Below, piece by piece: positions 1-9,713 of a stretch of 57,007 bases of DNA. Each line of letters starts with the position of its first letter. The first letter of the stretch is position 1. Origin of the DNA: a virus (Duplodnaviria > Caudoviricetes); IMG/VR virus record IMGVR_UViG_3300046780_000292, positions 1-57,007 of that record; one strand, written 5' to 3'. Made by a program: the position numbers and the translations under genes. The notes under the pieces were generated by a model. That model was not told where the DNA came from, searched no databases, and saw only the letters and a list, made by a program, of their open reading frames with translations.

Positions 1-194
1 GGCGGCCAGCCGGTGCCACGCTTCAGCAAGGTGTGCTGCGGGAGGGGCATCATCGCGGACTGAATGGTGACGACCGTCTGCTTCGTCGACTGGCCGGCCG
101 AGCCTTCGCCGCGCAGATACGAGTTGTACGTGTGGTACGAGCTGCCCGTGTACGACTTGATCGCGGACTTCTGCTCCGCCGACCACTTGATCCC
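1..194 (+). repeat. Terminal direct repeat, left copy (circular-assembly overlap)
   Basis: Identical to 56814-57007 except C95 vs T56908; lies in the middle of a CDS. Confidence 0.95.
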
Positions 195-3100
195 GTTGGC
201 CTTCATGTAGGCGTCCTGGGCTTCCTGCGCCTGGCTAGCGTTGGCGGCGTGGAATGCCGACGCGGGCAGGCTTTCGTCGTGCGGGCCCGGCCCGGCGAGC
301 TTCTGCACCTTCTGGCCGGGCTCCAGCGTCACACCCTTGGGCAGGTCGATCTCGCCGGACAGCTGCTTGACGACCTTGCTGTCGGGGGTGGAGTGGGCTT
401 CCGCGTACTGCTTGCCTGCGGCGGTGCCGAGCCAGTCGGTGATCTTCTTGTGGAGCATGCCGGAGTTGCCGACGCCCAGGTTCTTCGAGTGGGTCTCGTC
501 GATGGTCTTGAGGACCTGGTCGACGGACAGCCCGTCAGAGACGGTCTTGCCGTGTGCGGCGGCCAGGTTGACGAGGTTGCCGAAGATGTCCTCGGCCGGG
601 TCGGCGAGGTACTTGCCGGAGGGCATGGCCTTGAAGTCGCTGGTGATCTGCTTCTTCAGGGGGGTGGGGATGTGGGCGATCGAGGAGTCCCCGCCGCCGA
701 GCTTTACTGGTTCGGCCGGGCCAGCGTTTTCGATCTTGGAAGTTGATGAGGCCGAACTGGGAGAACCCAGCTTCTCCGCCTTCTTCTCCGACGCCGTCTG
801 GTGCACGACGGCATGCTTCGGGCCGACCTTCGCCACCATGTAGTGCTTCGCCGTGTGCGCCTTGCCGTAGTTCGGGCCGGAGTAGCCGGAGGTCTTGTAG
901 TAGCCGGACTCGGCGGCTGCCGCCTTGACGGCCGGGGCGTCCAGCTTCGGCAGGGACCGCTTCTTCAGCCCCACATCCGTGCGGATCTTGTCGAGGCGGG
1001 CCTGCGCCTCCTTGTGCACCGAGGCCGCCTTCGACTCCAGGACCTGCCGGTGCATGACCGCGTTCAGCCAAGCCTTCTTCTCCGGACCGGCCAGCTCGAA
1101 ACCGGTCTCCGGGTCGGTGGGGACGTTCAGCTTCGCCGTGTGCTCCTGCGCGTGCGCGGTCGCGAGCATCCCGGACAGGGCCTTCAGGTCCCCGAGGTTC
1201 TGCGTCAACGGCGCGTACTCGGGGTGGGCCTTCATGTCCTGCTTCTGGGCGTACGTCTTCACCCCGTACAGGACAGCCTTGCTGGCGTGGTCGGACCACG
1301 CCTTCGAGTAGGACTCGCCGATGGTGGCGACGTCGTAGTCGGACAGCTTGATCGGCTCGGCGGGCGTCTCGGTTGCCGTCTTCGCTGCGGCGTGGAACTG
1401 GGCCTCCGCTTTGTCGAGCTTCTCCGTGGTCTGCGTCAGGGTCGTGTCGAGGTACCCGTGGGACTGCTTGACCAGCTGGATGTGCTTGACGATGACCTTC
1501 TGGTCCTGCGGGGTCAGCTTCGCGCCGGTGATGCTGTGCCCGGAGTCGGCGATGGCCAGGTGGTGCTTCTCGAAGTGCTCGAAAAGCTTCTTCTTGTTCT
1601 CCAGGGTGGCGTAGTGCTGCGTGGACGAGTTGACGAGGCCCTGGTACTTCGCGGAGATGGCAGGCGAGGATGCTTCGAGGCCCGGGTACTCCTTCAGCAG
1701 GGCGGCGGCGTACGCCTTGCCCTTCACGTTGGCGTCTTTGACCTCGGTGAGGCTGAGGTTCACCTTCGGGTTGACGCCTGCCTCGCCGAGCAGCTCCTTG
1801 GCCCGGTCGGCGATCTGCGCGTTGCTCATGTCGGCGACGGCTGGCGCGTTGGCCTTCTTCAGCCCGGCGTGCACGGCGTCGTCGAGCTGCTTCTTCGCCA
1901 GGGTGGCGGCGTCCTGAAGCTGGGTGAGGTGTTCGGGGCTGGTGTCGACCGGGTGTGTGAGCAGGTGCTGCCGGTACTTGATCAGGAACGCCTTCTCGAC
2001 GGGACTGATGTCCGGGTCGGCCAGCTTGGCGTTGACCTTGTTGAACGCCTTCTCCTTGGCGTTCTTGACGGCGTAGGCGTGCAGGTTGGCGGTGGCCACC
2101 TGCTCGAAGTGCTGGATGGCCGCGAAGACTTCAGGCTGCTTGAGCACGGAGGCGGGCGCGCCCTTGGTGCTGATCTCCGCGAGGGTCTTGGCGGTGACTG
2201 CGGCGTTCTGCGCGAGTTCTGCCGAGTCGGGGTTTTCCGTGAGGTCGGCGGCCTTCTTCGCGACGAGGTAGGTCGAGAAGACGCCGGTATTGGCGGCCAG
2301 CTCCTTGGCCTGGGCCTGGGTGACGGAGTGGTCGTGCAGGTGGGTGGAGATCCCGATTTTCGCCGGGGGTGCGGCCTTGTCGGCCGGGCCGTGAAGGGCG
2401 ACCTGCTCGTTCTTGCCCAGGTGGATGCTCGCGCCGCCCGGCGGCTTGATGACGTAGTGGCCGGTGCCGGATCCGATGCCGGTGACCTGGGAGAGCTGGG
2501 CGTGCTTGTCGGAGTCCTCGAAGCCGATGACGTGTTCGACGCCGCCGTGGCTGATCTTCACCAGGCCGTGCTTCTGGATCTCCGTGACGAGACCCTTCGG
2601 CGTCACGTGGGTGACAGCTGCTTCCGGGGTGAGCTTCTCGGCCTCGGTCGTGTGAGCCTTGGCCAGGCCGCCCTTGAACTTCTGGAGCAGCTCCTTGGTG
2701 GCGGCGATCTTCTTCGGGTCGAGGAACTTCGTCGTGCCCTTGGCCAGCTCCGCGACGATCTTGGACTGGATGTCGGGGGGCAGCGCCGCGTACTCCTCGG
2801 CGGACAGCTTCTGGTAGGCGGCCAGGTGGTTCTTCGACCAGGTCGCGCCGGGGGCCTCGCCCTTGGCCATGGCGATGGCTTCCTGGACGTGCTTGGGAAG
2901 GTCCTTCGGCTTCTCGCTGGCGGGGATCTTCGCGCTGGTGTGCACGGCCGTGGCCGGGGTGGCGATGTCCGACAGCTTCGCCGGTTCGACCTTCTTGCCG
3001 TTCTCGTGCTTGGTGACCGGCAGCGCTCCGACGACCTTGAAGCCGTTCTGCTTCTGCGAGCTGGTCAGCGGGGTGGCGAGGGCATTGGCCTCGGACTTGT

Positions 3101-4610
3101 GGAAGCCCCACACGACGACCGGCCCGTCGTGGCCCTTCTGGACCAGGCTGGCGTGCGTGTAGTCGGCGGTGCTGGTGCGGGTGATGGTCTCCCCGTTGTG
3201 CACCACCGTGTAGGTGTGCTTCGGCTTGGCGGCGGTCGTCTTGACCTTCTCGCCGAGCGATTCCGTCTTGGGCGGCTCGGGCGCGGCAGCCTTGGCGGCG
3301 GCCTTCTCGATGCCCTCCTTGACGTTGCCCGACTTCGCCTTCTCGTGGTGGGCGACCATCTTCGCGACCAGCGGGGGAAGGCCCGGCTTGCCTTCCTTGA
3401 TGTGGTCGGCGATCTCCTTGTGGAACTCGCCGATGCCGACGCCGTTCGCGCCGTGGCCGAGGCCGGGCATCTGGTCGGCGTGGGCCTGCTTGAGGGCGGC
3501 CTGCGCGTAGGCGTTGACCATGGCCTTGAACGCCTGGTGGTCTTCGACGGTCCCCTTGGCCTTCATCTTGTCGAAGGCGTCCTGGAACATCGCGGTGCCG
3601 CTGGCCTTCTTGACGCCGGGGATGGCGTCGTTGATGGCCACGGCTGCTTCGGCCTGCGCCTGGCTGGTGACCTTGGTCGGTGACGGGTGCGTGGTGGGCG
3701 GGTTTTCCAGGTCCTTGAGGGTGACCTTCTGGTAGACCTTGCCGCTCGGCGCGGTGATGGTGTCGGGCTTCTCGGCGAGCTTGGTCAGCAGGTCGTCGGC
3801 CTTCTTCTGCTGCGGCCCGAACCCATCCTTTTTGATCTTGAGCAGTTCGCCCCGGATCACGGCCTTGTCATCGTGCGACAGCCCGTTCCACTGCTCCGGG
3901 GTGATCGCGGCGGCCTTGTCGAGCTTGTACTGCGGGGTGACCTTCTCCTGGGCGATGACGAACGCGATGCCCTTCGACATCACCGTCGGCTTCTTGCCCT
4001 TCGGGCCCTTCTCCCCGCTGTTCTGCGGGATCGCCTTGACGGCCTGCCCCAGGCTGATCTTGCCGGGCTCCTTGACGTGCACACCGGCAGCGTCGGAGAC
4101 GGCCTTACCAGCAGCGTGGGCCTCGCCGGTGGCGGCGTTGGCGGTCTTGCCCGCGTTCGGGTGCTGCTTGGCGACGATCGGCTGGAGCAGCTTGTGGGGG
4201 ATCGGCTTGCCCTGGGCCTTGAGGGCTTCGATCTTCTTGATGCGGGTGTGGTTGGCCTTCTCGACGCGGGCGGCTTCCAGGGCGTGCCAGGCGGCCGGGG
4301 AGACGGAGTGCAGCGTGCCCTTCCAGCCTTTGCAGGGTCCGGGGTGCAGCGGGTTCAGGCAGGCGGTGAGGGTGCAGGTGTCGTGGGCGTCGTCGTCCTG
4401 GTGGATGGCGGCGAGGACGGTGGAGGCGATGTTCTCCGGGTTGTAACCGAGCCTGGCATCAACGGCACCGGCAGCGGCGATCAGGGAGCAGACCTGCTTG
4501 ACCGGCTCCAGGGCTTCCTGATCGATGGTCGCCTTGACGAAGAGGGTGGCCTTGCCGTTGCCCTTAGGACCCGGCGTGAAGTCGATCTTGACCAGGTCTT
4601 TCAGCTCCAT
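1..4610 (-). CDS. Giant (~1,635 aa) Lys/Ala/His-rich protein with a C-terminal VIP2-like ADP-ribosyltransferase; 5' part, continuing across the junction to the stop at 56516
   Basis: ATG at 4610 (MELKDLVKIDF...). I read the frame open to position 1, and it joins in frame (4908 nt total) to the 56516-56866 ORF. Motifs: KSYTGSSYHTYNSYLRG, LKRG, FVSTT, ENEMLL. Confidence 0.9.
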   Translation of the reverse strand, partial: MELKDLVKIDFTPGPKGNGKATLFVKATIDQEALEPVKQVCSLIAAAGAVDARLGYNPENIASTVLAAIHQDDDAHDTCTLTACLNPLHPGPCKGWKGTLHSVSPAAWHALEAARVEKANHTRIKKIEALKAQGKPIPHKLLQPIVAKQHPNAGKTANAATGEAHAAGKAVSDAAGVHVKEPGKISLGQAVKAIPQNSGEKGPKGKKPTVMSKGIAFVIAQEKVTPQYKLDKAAAITPEQWNGLSHDDKAVIRGELLKIKKDGFGPQQKKADDLLTKLAEKPDTITAPSGKVYQKVTLKDLENPPTTHPSPTKVTSQAQAEAAVAINDAIPGVKKASGTAMFQDAFDKMKAKGTVEDHQAFKAMVNAYAQAALKQAHADQMPGLGHGANGVGIGEFHKEIADHIKEGKPGLPPLVAKMVAHHEKAKSGNVKEGIEKAAAKAAAPEPPKTESLGEKVKTTAAKPKHTYTVVHNGETITRTSTADYTHASLVQKGHDGPVVVWGFHKSEANALATPLTSSQKQNGFKVVGALPVTKHENGKKVEPAKLSDIATPATAVHTSAKIPASEKPKDLPKHVQEAIAMAKGEAPGATWSKNHLAAYQKLSAEEYAALPPDIQSKIVAELAKGTTKFLDPKKIAATKELLQKFKGGLAKAHTTEAEKLTPEAAVTHVTPKGLVTEIQKHGLVKISHGGVEHVIGFEDSDKHAQLSQVTGIGSGTGHYVIKPPGGASIHLGKNEQVALHGPADKAAPPAKIGISTHLHDHSVTQAQAKELAANTGVFSTYLVAKKAADLTENPDSAELAQNAAVTAKTLAEISTKGAPASVLKQPEVFAAIQHFEQVATANLHAYAVKNAKEKAFNKVNAKLADPDISPVEKAFLIKYRQHLLTHPVDTSPEHLTQLQDAATLAKKQLDDAVHAGLKKANAPAVADMSNAQIADRAKELLGEAGVNPKVNLSLTEVKDANVKGKAYAAALLKEYPGLEASSPAISAKYQGLVNSSTQHYATLENKKKLFEHFEKHHLAIADSGHSITGAKLTPQDQKVIVKHIQLVKQSHGYLDTTLTQTTEKLDKAEAQFHAAAKTATETPAEPIKLSDYDVATIGESYSKAWSDHASKAVLYGVKTYAQKQDMKAHPEYAPLTQNLGDLKALSGMLATAHAQEHTAKLNVPTDPETGFELAGPEKKAWLNAVMHRQVLESKAASVHKEAQARLDKIRTDVGLKKRSLPKLDAPAVKAAAAESGYYKTSGYSGPNYGKAHTAKHYMVAKVGPKHAVVHQTASEKKAEKLGSPSSASSTSKIENAGPAEPVKLGGGDSSIAHIPTPLKKQITSDFKAMPSGKYLADPAEDIFGNLVNLAAAHGKTVSDGLSVDQVLKTIDETHSKNLGVGNSGMLHKKITDWLGTAAGKQYAEAHSTPDSKVVKQLSGEIDLPKGVTLEPGQKVQKLAGPGPHDESLPASAFHAANASQAQEAQDAYMKANGIKWSAEQKSAIKSYTGSSYHTYNSYLRGEGSAGQSTKQTVVTIQSAMMPLPQHTLLKRGTGWP

Positions 4611-4674
4611 GCGGGCATCCTACGCGATCGTTTTCGATCATGAGCCTGTCCCGCGCCGTCCCGTCTTGTCCCGC

Positions 4675-6081
4675 CTAGGCCCGGCCCGCATCCTTCAGCG
4701 TCTTGTTCTCGGCCGCCTTGTGCTGCGCGGCAGCCTTCGCGGCCTTCGCCTTGTGATACGCAGCCCGCTGCGACTTCGACATCTTCGACATCTTCGCCTG
4801 CTCCCGGCGGCGGGCCAGGATCGCATCGGCGCGCTTGCCGAGCGAGTCCTTCTTCCGCTGGTCCCGGTCACGCTGGCGCTGGGCGCGCCGGTCCAGGACG
4901 TCCTGCTGCCGGGTGTCCTGGACGCCGGTCCGCTGCGCCTTCACGTTGTCGCGGGCGGCCTGCTTCAGCGTCTGCTGATGCTTGCCGAGCGCCTTCGCGT
5001 AGTCCCGGACGGCGCGGCGGGCCATGGCCGCCAGCTTCGGGTTGGAGACGGCGTTCTGGGTGGCGACGGCCTGCGCCTGGGCGATGGCCGTGGACAGGCC
5101 CTTGACGGCCACCTGCGCCTTCACGGCCGGGTTCTGCTTGGTGGCGTCCTGCTGGCCGGGTTCGGTCTGCCCGCGCTTCTGGCCCTTGCACAGGCCCGGC
5201 TTGTGGGTCTGCATGCAGAACTGCCCGTCGGTGCACACCTCCTGCATGAGGGTGATCGAGGCGGTCATGTTCTTGTAGCCCCGGTTCTCCATGCTGGTCG
5301 GCTCGCCTTCGACCTCCAGCAGCATGGTGCAGCGGCAGTTGATGACCTCCTGCGGCGGGCCTTCCGGGTCGTGCGGGTACATCATGGCGAAGCCGCCGAC
5401 GTCGAAGGGCTGCCCCCACGGGACGGTCTGCCCGTCGGCCTTCACATGGTCGGGGCGGGTGCGGTGGTCCTCGGTGGCCAGCCAGCGCTTCACGTACGAG
5501 GTGTCCGGGTCGCTCTCGACGAGCATGGAGAAGGCGTCGTACAGCCCACCGTTGTAAGCGCCGACGACCTCGGTTCGTGCAACGGTGCGGGCCCGGTCCT
5601 TCCACTTCTTGGCGTCGGTGGCGTCGAACAGGGCTTCGACCTGGGCGGTGACGTCGGGGATGCTAGCCCCGTTCGTGGTGGCGGAGTCGATGATTTGGGC
5701 GACCGCGCCGTACACCTCGTCGGGGACGGCCTTGAGCCGGTTTTCGCGGGCGGCGATCCAGTTGCGGACGAACGGGCGGGAGTTGAACAGGGTGCCGTCA
5801 CCCAGCAGGTCCTTGTATGGCGAAGCAAGCACTTCGCGGGCGACATCCTCGGAGTACTTGTCGGCGAGGGCGTCCCACTTCGGGGTCTGCGAGAACACCG
5901 ACATGGGGTCGGGGACGAGGCCGAGCTTCGCGACGCCTCCGGCGAACATGGCCGCCTTCACGGCGGCCAGCCACTCGACCATCATCTCCAGGTAAGCCTC
6001 ATACAGGGGCGGCTCGTACTGGGCGAACACTTCGACGGCGGCCTGCTTCTGCGCGGCGGCGTCAGGTAGTTGCTGCGGCAC
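4675..6081 (-). CDS. MuF-like (SPP1 gp7) minor head protein with a Cys/His motif and a basic C-terminal extension
   Basis: ARTE, KRWLATEDHRTRPDH, YPHDP..EVINCRC motifs; located downstream of the portal. Confidence 0.9.
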   Translation of the reverse strand: MPQQLPDAAAQKQAAVEVFAQYEPPLYEAYLEMMVEWLAAVKAAMFAGGVAKLGLVPDPMSVFSQTPKWDALADKYSEDVAREVLASPYKDLLGDGTLFNSRPFVRNWIAARENRLKAVPDEVYGAVAQIIDSATTNGASIPDVTAQVEALFDATDAKKWKDRARTVARTEVVGAYNGGLYDAFSMLVESDPDTSYVKRWLATEDHRTRPDHVKADGQTVPWGQPFDVGGFAMMYPHDPEGPPQEVINCRCTMLLEVEGEPTSMENRGYKNMTASITLMQEVCTDGQFCMQTHKPGLCKGQKRGQTEPGQQDATKQNPAVKAQVAVKGLSTAIAQAQAVATQNAVSNPKLAAMARRAVRDYAKALGKHQQTLKQAARDNVKAQRTGVQDTRQQDVLDRRAQRQRDRDQRKKDSLGKRADAILARRREQAKMSKMSKSQRAAYHKAKAAKAAAQHKAAENKTLKDAGRA

Positions 6082-6084
6082 GCT

Positions 6085-6348
6085 TCACCCCCACAATCCG
6101 AGCCGCCAGGAGGCGGCGGCGACGGCGACGTCTACGAGCGAGCAGCAGGCCAACAGGGTGAGGATCGTTCGGCATCCTGCGCTCGTCATTACTCTCTGTA
6201 CTAGATCGCGGGTGCTGGGCCGGGAATCAGGGCACCCGTACTCGCGAGTAACCCTCTTTGTCCCGTATGTCGTTACGCTGCGTGGAACCTCGGGACCAGG
6301 GATGACCGGCACCAGGAGCGGCGCGGCGTGCCTGCCGACGTACATCAC
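6085..6348 (-). CDS. Hypothetical protein, possibly membrane-associated
   Basis: Coupled to the upstream ORF; hydrophobic C-terminus. Confidence 0.4.
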   Translation of the reverse strand: MMYVGRHAAPLLVPVIPGPEVPRSVTTYGTKRVTREYGCPDSRPSTRDLVQRVMTSAGCRTILTLLACCSLVDVAVAAASWRLGLWG

Positions 6349-6521
6349 AACTCGCTCGCCGTCTGACGCATCTCGCGCAGCGCCCGGAAGGCGTCACCCA
6401 GGGAGTAGTCGCCGTCCTCCTCGATCTGGTCGGCCCAGTAGATCAGCCGACTTTTGAGGGTCTGGATGGTGGCTTCCTGTTCGCGCAGATTGTCGCGCAT
6501 CTCCGCGTCGTTTTCGATCAT
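6345..6521 (-). CDS. Hypothetical 58-aa protein (MIENDAEMRDN...)
   Basis: ATGA overlap with the portal stop; read manually. Confidence 0.6.
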   Translation of the reverse strand: MIENDAEMRDNLREQEATIQTLKSRLIYWADQIEEDGDYSLGDAFRALREMRQTASEL

Positions 6522-8473
6522 GGTGCGAGTCCGCCCCGAGCATGATGCAGGGTCGCCTTCAGCAGCTCCGAGTCGTGGACGACACCCCGGGTCAGCAGCT
6601 CCGTGCAGTACCCGCCCAGCAACTCCTCCATGGCGTCAGGGTCGACGCCCAGCATGGGGGCCTGGTCACGGATGTGGGTCCACGCACCGGCCAGCAGAGC
6701 AGGTGCGCGCTTCTGGTCCGGAACGACCCGGGTGTGCAACTCATGTTTCGGCACCGAATACCGGGCGCGCTGCGGGCCGGGCACGAGACGCCCACCGGCG
6801 ATCTCCATGGCCCGGCGTACAGCACTGTCGGCGGCGTAGAACACCTGCGTGTCGAACAGGTCGGAGCTGATCGCGGCGGCGAGCGCGCCGAGCTTCTGCT
6901 TCTTGGGCGGGCCGACGTTGCCTGCTTCGGCGTCGGCGACCGACGGGAACTGCGGCAGCCCCTTGGCCCCGGCGTCGGCGGGTTCGGTTCCGGCGGTGTC
7001 GTAGCCGGGGTCTCCGGGCATCAGGTCGCCAGGCTGGGCTGGCGGGGCCGGTGGTGCGGGGAGGCTGATCCTCGGCAGGCCGAGGATCTTCTGTACCTCG
7101 GGGTCACCGGCGTAGGCGGGCTGGGCCAGCACGAGCGCCTTGACCAGGTTGTACTCCAGCTCCTTCGCGTCGGGGGCGTCGTCGTCGGTGAAGGCGGCGT
7201 TGTCGCGGGCCGCCTTGGCGCTGATGTACTCCTTCTCCGCGTACTGGAGGGCCTGGTCGGAGCGGTTGGGGCGGACGGCGAGGGCGGCGATGTCGAACCA
7301 GAGGGTTTTCTTCTCCGGGTCTTTGACGCCTGCGGCTTTGAGGGCGGGCTGGAAGTAGCCGATGTTGAGGGCGTCGGCGAGCTGGATAAGCAGCGGCTCG
7401 ATGTGGATCTTGATCGAGGATTCCTCGATCTGCCACCCCGACCAGTGGTTCGTGCCGCCCATACCCGTCAGCACCTCGGGCGGAATGTCCAGGCTCATCG
7501 CCATCCGCCGGACGGCCGCCTCACGCATCGCCGTGATGTGCTCGGAGATCTGCGAGTCGAACGTCAGATGCTTGATCTTGTCGAGGGCATCGACCGCCAC
7601 CTGCAAGATGATCGGCACGATCGCGGCGGCGTTGTCGCGCTGCTGCAACGACGTCGCCATCGTCTGCTGCAACAGCTGCGAGAAACCCTCGATACCGGTC
7701 GGCTGCGGGTCACCCGGATTGGCCTGCGGCTGACGCGGGAAGTCGATATTGTCGGGCAGCAGCAGGATCCCGGCACCGGCCAGACGCGAATCCAGCTCGG
7801 CGAACACCCGCTTGGTGCACTGCTCCAGCTCCCGCAGCACCGGCAGGATGGCCCGGACGGTGGAGTCGGCGGCATCGTGGCGGCGGGGGTGCGGATTCCA
7901 GCAGCGGATCAGCAGGTCCTTCGCCGCGTCCAGCTTGTAGTTGCCGCCCCCGTGGGTGATGGACCGGCGCACCATGATGTCGTCGCCCCGGCGGAACACC
8001 TCCGACGAGGAGCACACATACCACTTGTCGGTGCCCCCGCCCGGGTCGGCGGTCGACTTGTAGCCCTCGGCGACGATGAACACGTCCCCGGCGGTCATCA
8101 TGTTGATGCCCATGAGCCGCTGCGCCTGGGCTTTCGCGGCGGGACTGCCGAACATGGTTTCGGCGATCAGCTTGGCCTGGTCGTCGGTGGTCTCGTCGCC
8201 TACGGTGCCGTCGTCGGCGATGTCGGCCGCGTACATGCGGCACCGGGAGATGGCGTTGCCGATCCAGTTGACGACGAACCGCATCTCACCGCAGATGTCG
8301 TAGTGCCGCCAGGCTTCCCACTGCCAGCGGTGGTCGCCGAGCTTGAACATCTGCCAGGAGGCGGCGTCACCCAGGTTGATGGGGACGGCGGCGGCCAGCA
8401 GCGCGTTGGCGGGGCGTGTCCCGGGGCCGTCGATACCTCCGGCGGGCTTGGTTTTGCGGGTCAACAGCCCCAC
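6518..8473 (-). CDS. Portal protein
   Basis: 651 aa; WQWEAWRHYD, WNPHP, SRLAGAGILLLP, NHWSGWQI motifs typical of actinophage portals. Confidence 0.9.
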   Translation of the reverse strand: MGLLTRKTKPAGGIDGPGTRPANALLAAAVPINLGDAASWQMFKLGDHRWQWEAWRHYDICGEMRFVVNWIGNAISRCRMYAADIADDGTVGDETTDDQAKLIAETMFGSPAAKAQAQRLMGINMMTAGDVFIVAEGYKSTADPGGGTDKWYVCSSSEVFRRGDDIMVRRSITHGGGNYKLDAAKDLLIRCWNPHPRRHDAADSTVRAILPVLRELEQCTKRVFAELDSRLAGAGILLLPDNIDFPRQPQANPGDPQPTGIEGFSQLLQQTMATSLQQRDNAAAIVPIILQVAVDALDKIKHLTFDSQISEHITAMREAAVRRMAMSLDIPPEVLTGMGGTNHWSGWQIEESSIKIHIEPLLIQLADALNIGYFQPALKAAGVKDPEKKTLWFDIAALAVRPNRSDQALQYAEKEYISAKAARDNAAFTDDDAPDAKELEYNLVKALVLAQPAYAGDPEVQKILGLPRISLPAPPAPPAQPGDLMPGDPGYDTAGTEPADAGAKGLPQFPSVADAEAGNVGPPKKQKLGALAAAISSDLFDTQVFYAADSAVRRAMEIAGGRLVPGPQRARYSVPKHELHTRVVPDQKRAPALLAGAWTHIRDQAPMLGVDPDAMEELLGGYCTELLTRGVVHDSELLKATLHHARGGLAP

Positions 8474-8477
8474 TCGG

Positions 8478-8786
8478 TCACCCCTTCACACGGCCCAGCG
8501 CACCGGCCGTAGCAGACATGGCCAGTCCGAGGGCGGGCACGAACAGCCACGGCGTTTGGCCGTAAGCGTAGATCACGGGGGCGGCGGGGATGGCCAGCCA
8601 GATGGACATGCACCAGGGGCACAGCATCAGGTAGGCGAGACGCTGGTGTTTGCGTTCGACGAGGGCTTCCACGAACGGGTCGCGGATGGGCGCGGTGATG
8701 GTGTCGGAGGTTATGAGCAGCACGACGCGGGCGAACGCCAGCAGGTAGATCACGTATAAGACAGAAGAGCCGGGCATGGCCACCAT
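8478..8786 (-). CDS. DUF1360-like membrane protein
   Basis: Transmembrane helices, D.ITAP.R and CPWC.S.W motifs; sits just upstream of the portal. Confidence 0.75.
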   Translation of the reverse strand: MVAMPGSSVLYVIYLLAFARVVLLITSDTITAPIRDPFVEALVERKHQRLAYLMLCPWCMSIWLAIPAAPVIYAYGQTPWLFVPALGLAMSATAGALGRVKG

Positions 8787-8829
8787 CGTAGGTGGTCAGC
8801 CCGGCTCTTCGGGTGTACGGGGAGCTAGG

Positions 8830-9573
8830 TCAGTAGACCTCGTCGTCGTCCGGGTCGTCGTCGTCCTCGACCTCGGGCTTCTCGTCGAACTGCGGCTCGC
8901 CCATCTCCTCGGCCGTCACGACCCAGTCGGAGGACTTGCCCAGCTTCGCGGCGACCGCGGCGGCCAGGGCGACGACGTCGTCGCCCTCGAACACCTGCAC
9001 GGCGACCTTGGTGGTACCGGACACAGGGACGGTGACGGTGTGGTTGACACGGGCGGGCAGCTTCTCCAGACCGGCGTTCTCCAGGAACGCCTGCGCGTCC
9101 TGGTAGCCCCAGCCCTGCTCGGTGACGCCCTCCTTGAGCATGTTGCGGATGCCGTCCTTCAGACCGGCGAGTCCGGGGATGGAGTCGTTGGCCTCGGGGG
9201 CGTCGGCGGGGCCGGAGAAGAAGACGGGCTCGGCGGTCGTCTTGACGTGGTAGACGTTGTCGTACTGGTCGCTGTAGATGTTGATCTTTCCGGCGGCCAG
9301 GACCCGGGACAGCTCCTGCTGGAACAGCTCCAGGGCCTCCGCGCGGGTGTGGGCGGAGATGCGGCGGCCGTAGTCGCCGGTGATCGCCACACTGACCCGG
9401 TACTCGGAGCGGCTGGTGATCGGGTCGGCGCCGAGCTGGACCAGGCGGGTGTTGACCCAGTCGCGGTCGACGCCGCTGTACTTGGCGGCCGACTTGGCGG
9501 CCTGGGTAAGGGCCTTGCGCAGGTCGTTGGCCTGAGTCGCCTCGGTGTAGGCGTCCTTGTCGCTGGTGTCCAT
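8830..9573 (-). CDS. Hypothetical protein with an acidic tail
   Basis: 247 aa, GGAGG SD, typical codon bias, upstream promoter. Confidence 0.8.
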   Translation of the reverse strand: MDTSDKDAYTEATQANDLRKALTQAAKSAAKYSGVDRDWVNTRLVQLGADPITSRSEYRVSVAITGDYGRRISAHTRAEALELFQQELSRVLAAGKINIYSDQYDNVYHVKTTAEPVFFSGPADAPEANDSIPGLAGLKDGIRNMLKEGVTEQGWGYQDAQAFLENAGLEKLPARVNHTVTVPVSGTTKVAVQVFEGDDVVALAAAVAAKLGKSSDWVVTAEEMGEPQFDEKPEVEDDDDPDDDEVY

Positions 9574-9610
9574 TGGTTCCTCCTCCGTTGGACTTGCTCT
9601 GTCTGCTTAC

Positions 9611-9639
9611 AGCATACACACGCTTGACGTTCCGCGCAA
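9611..9639 (-). promoter_or_regulatory. Sigma70/HrdB-type promoter with a TTGAC-N6-(G/C)xCAA inverted element
   Basis: TTGCGC-17-TATGCT on the minus strand. Confidence 0.6.
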
Positions 9640-9640
9640 G

Positions 9641-9713
9641 TGGCGAGAGCAGGACTCGAACCTGCGGCCTCCGCCTTTTCGGGGCGGCGCTCTTCCGTCT
9701 GAGCTATCTCGCC
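9641..9713 (-). tRNA. tRNA-Phe(GAA)-like RNA with non-canonical C33
   Basis: GGCGAGA/TCTCGCC acceptor stem, GCTC/GAGC D arm, CCGCC-CCGAAAA-GGCGG anticodon arm, GCAGG-TTCGAGT-CCTGC T arm; no encoded CCA. Confidence 0.75.

Noticed and set aside
1-194. Terminal repeat as a biological DTR or att site
   Set aside because: It falls mid-CDS and the frame joins seamlessly across it. Assembly overlap of a circular or permuted genome is the simpler explanation.
801-3683. 960-aa plus-strand ORF and other plus ORFs in 33-4643
   Set aside because: Antisense shadows of the giant minus-strand gene, caused by high-GC codon bias; no motifs.
4647-4674. Three GTCCCG hexamers between the MuF and ART genes
   Set aside because: Too short and GC-rich to distinguish from chance.
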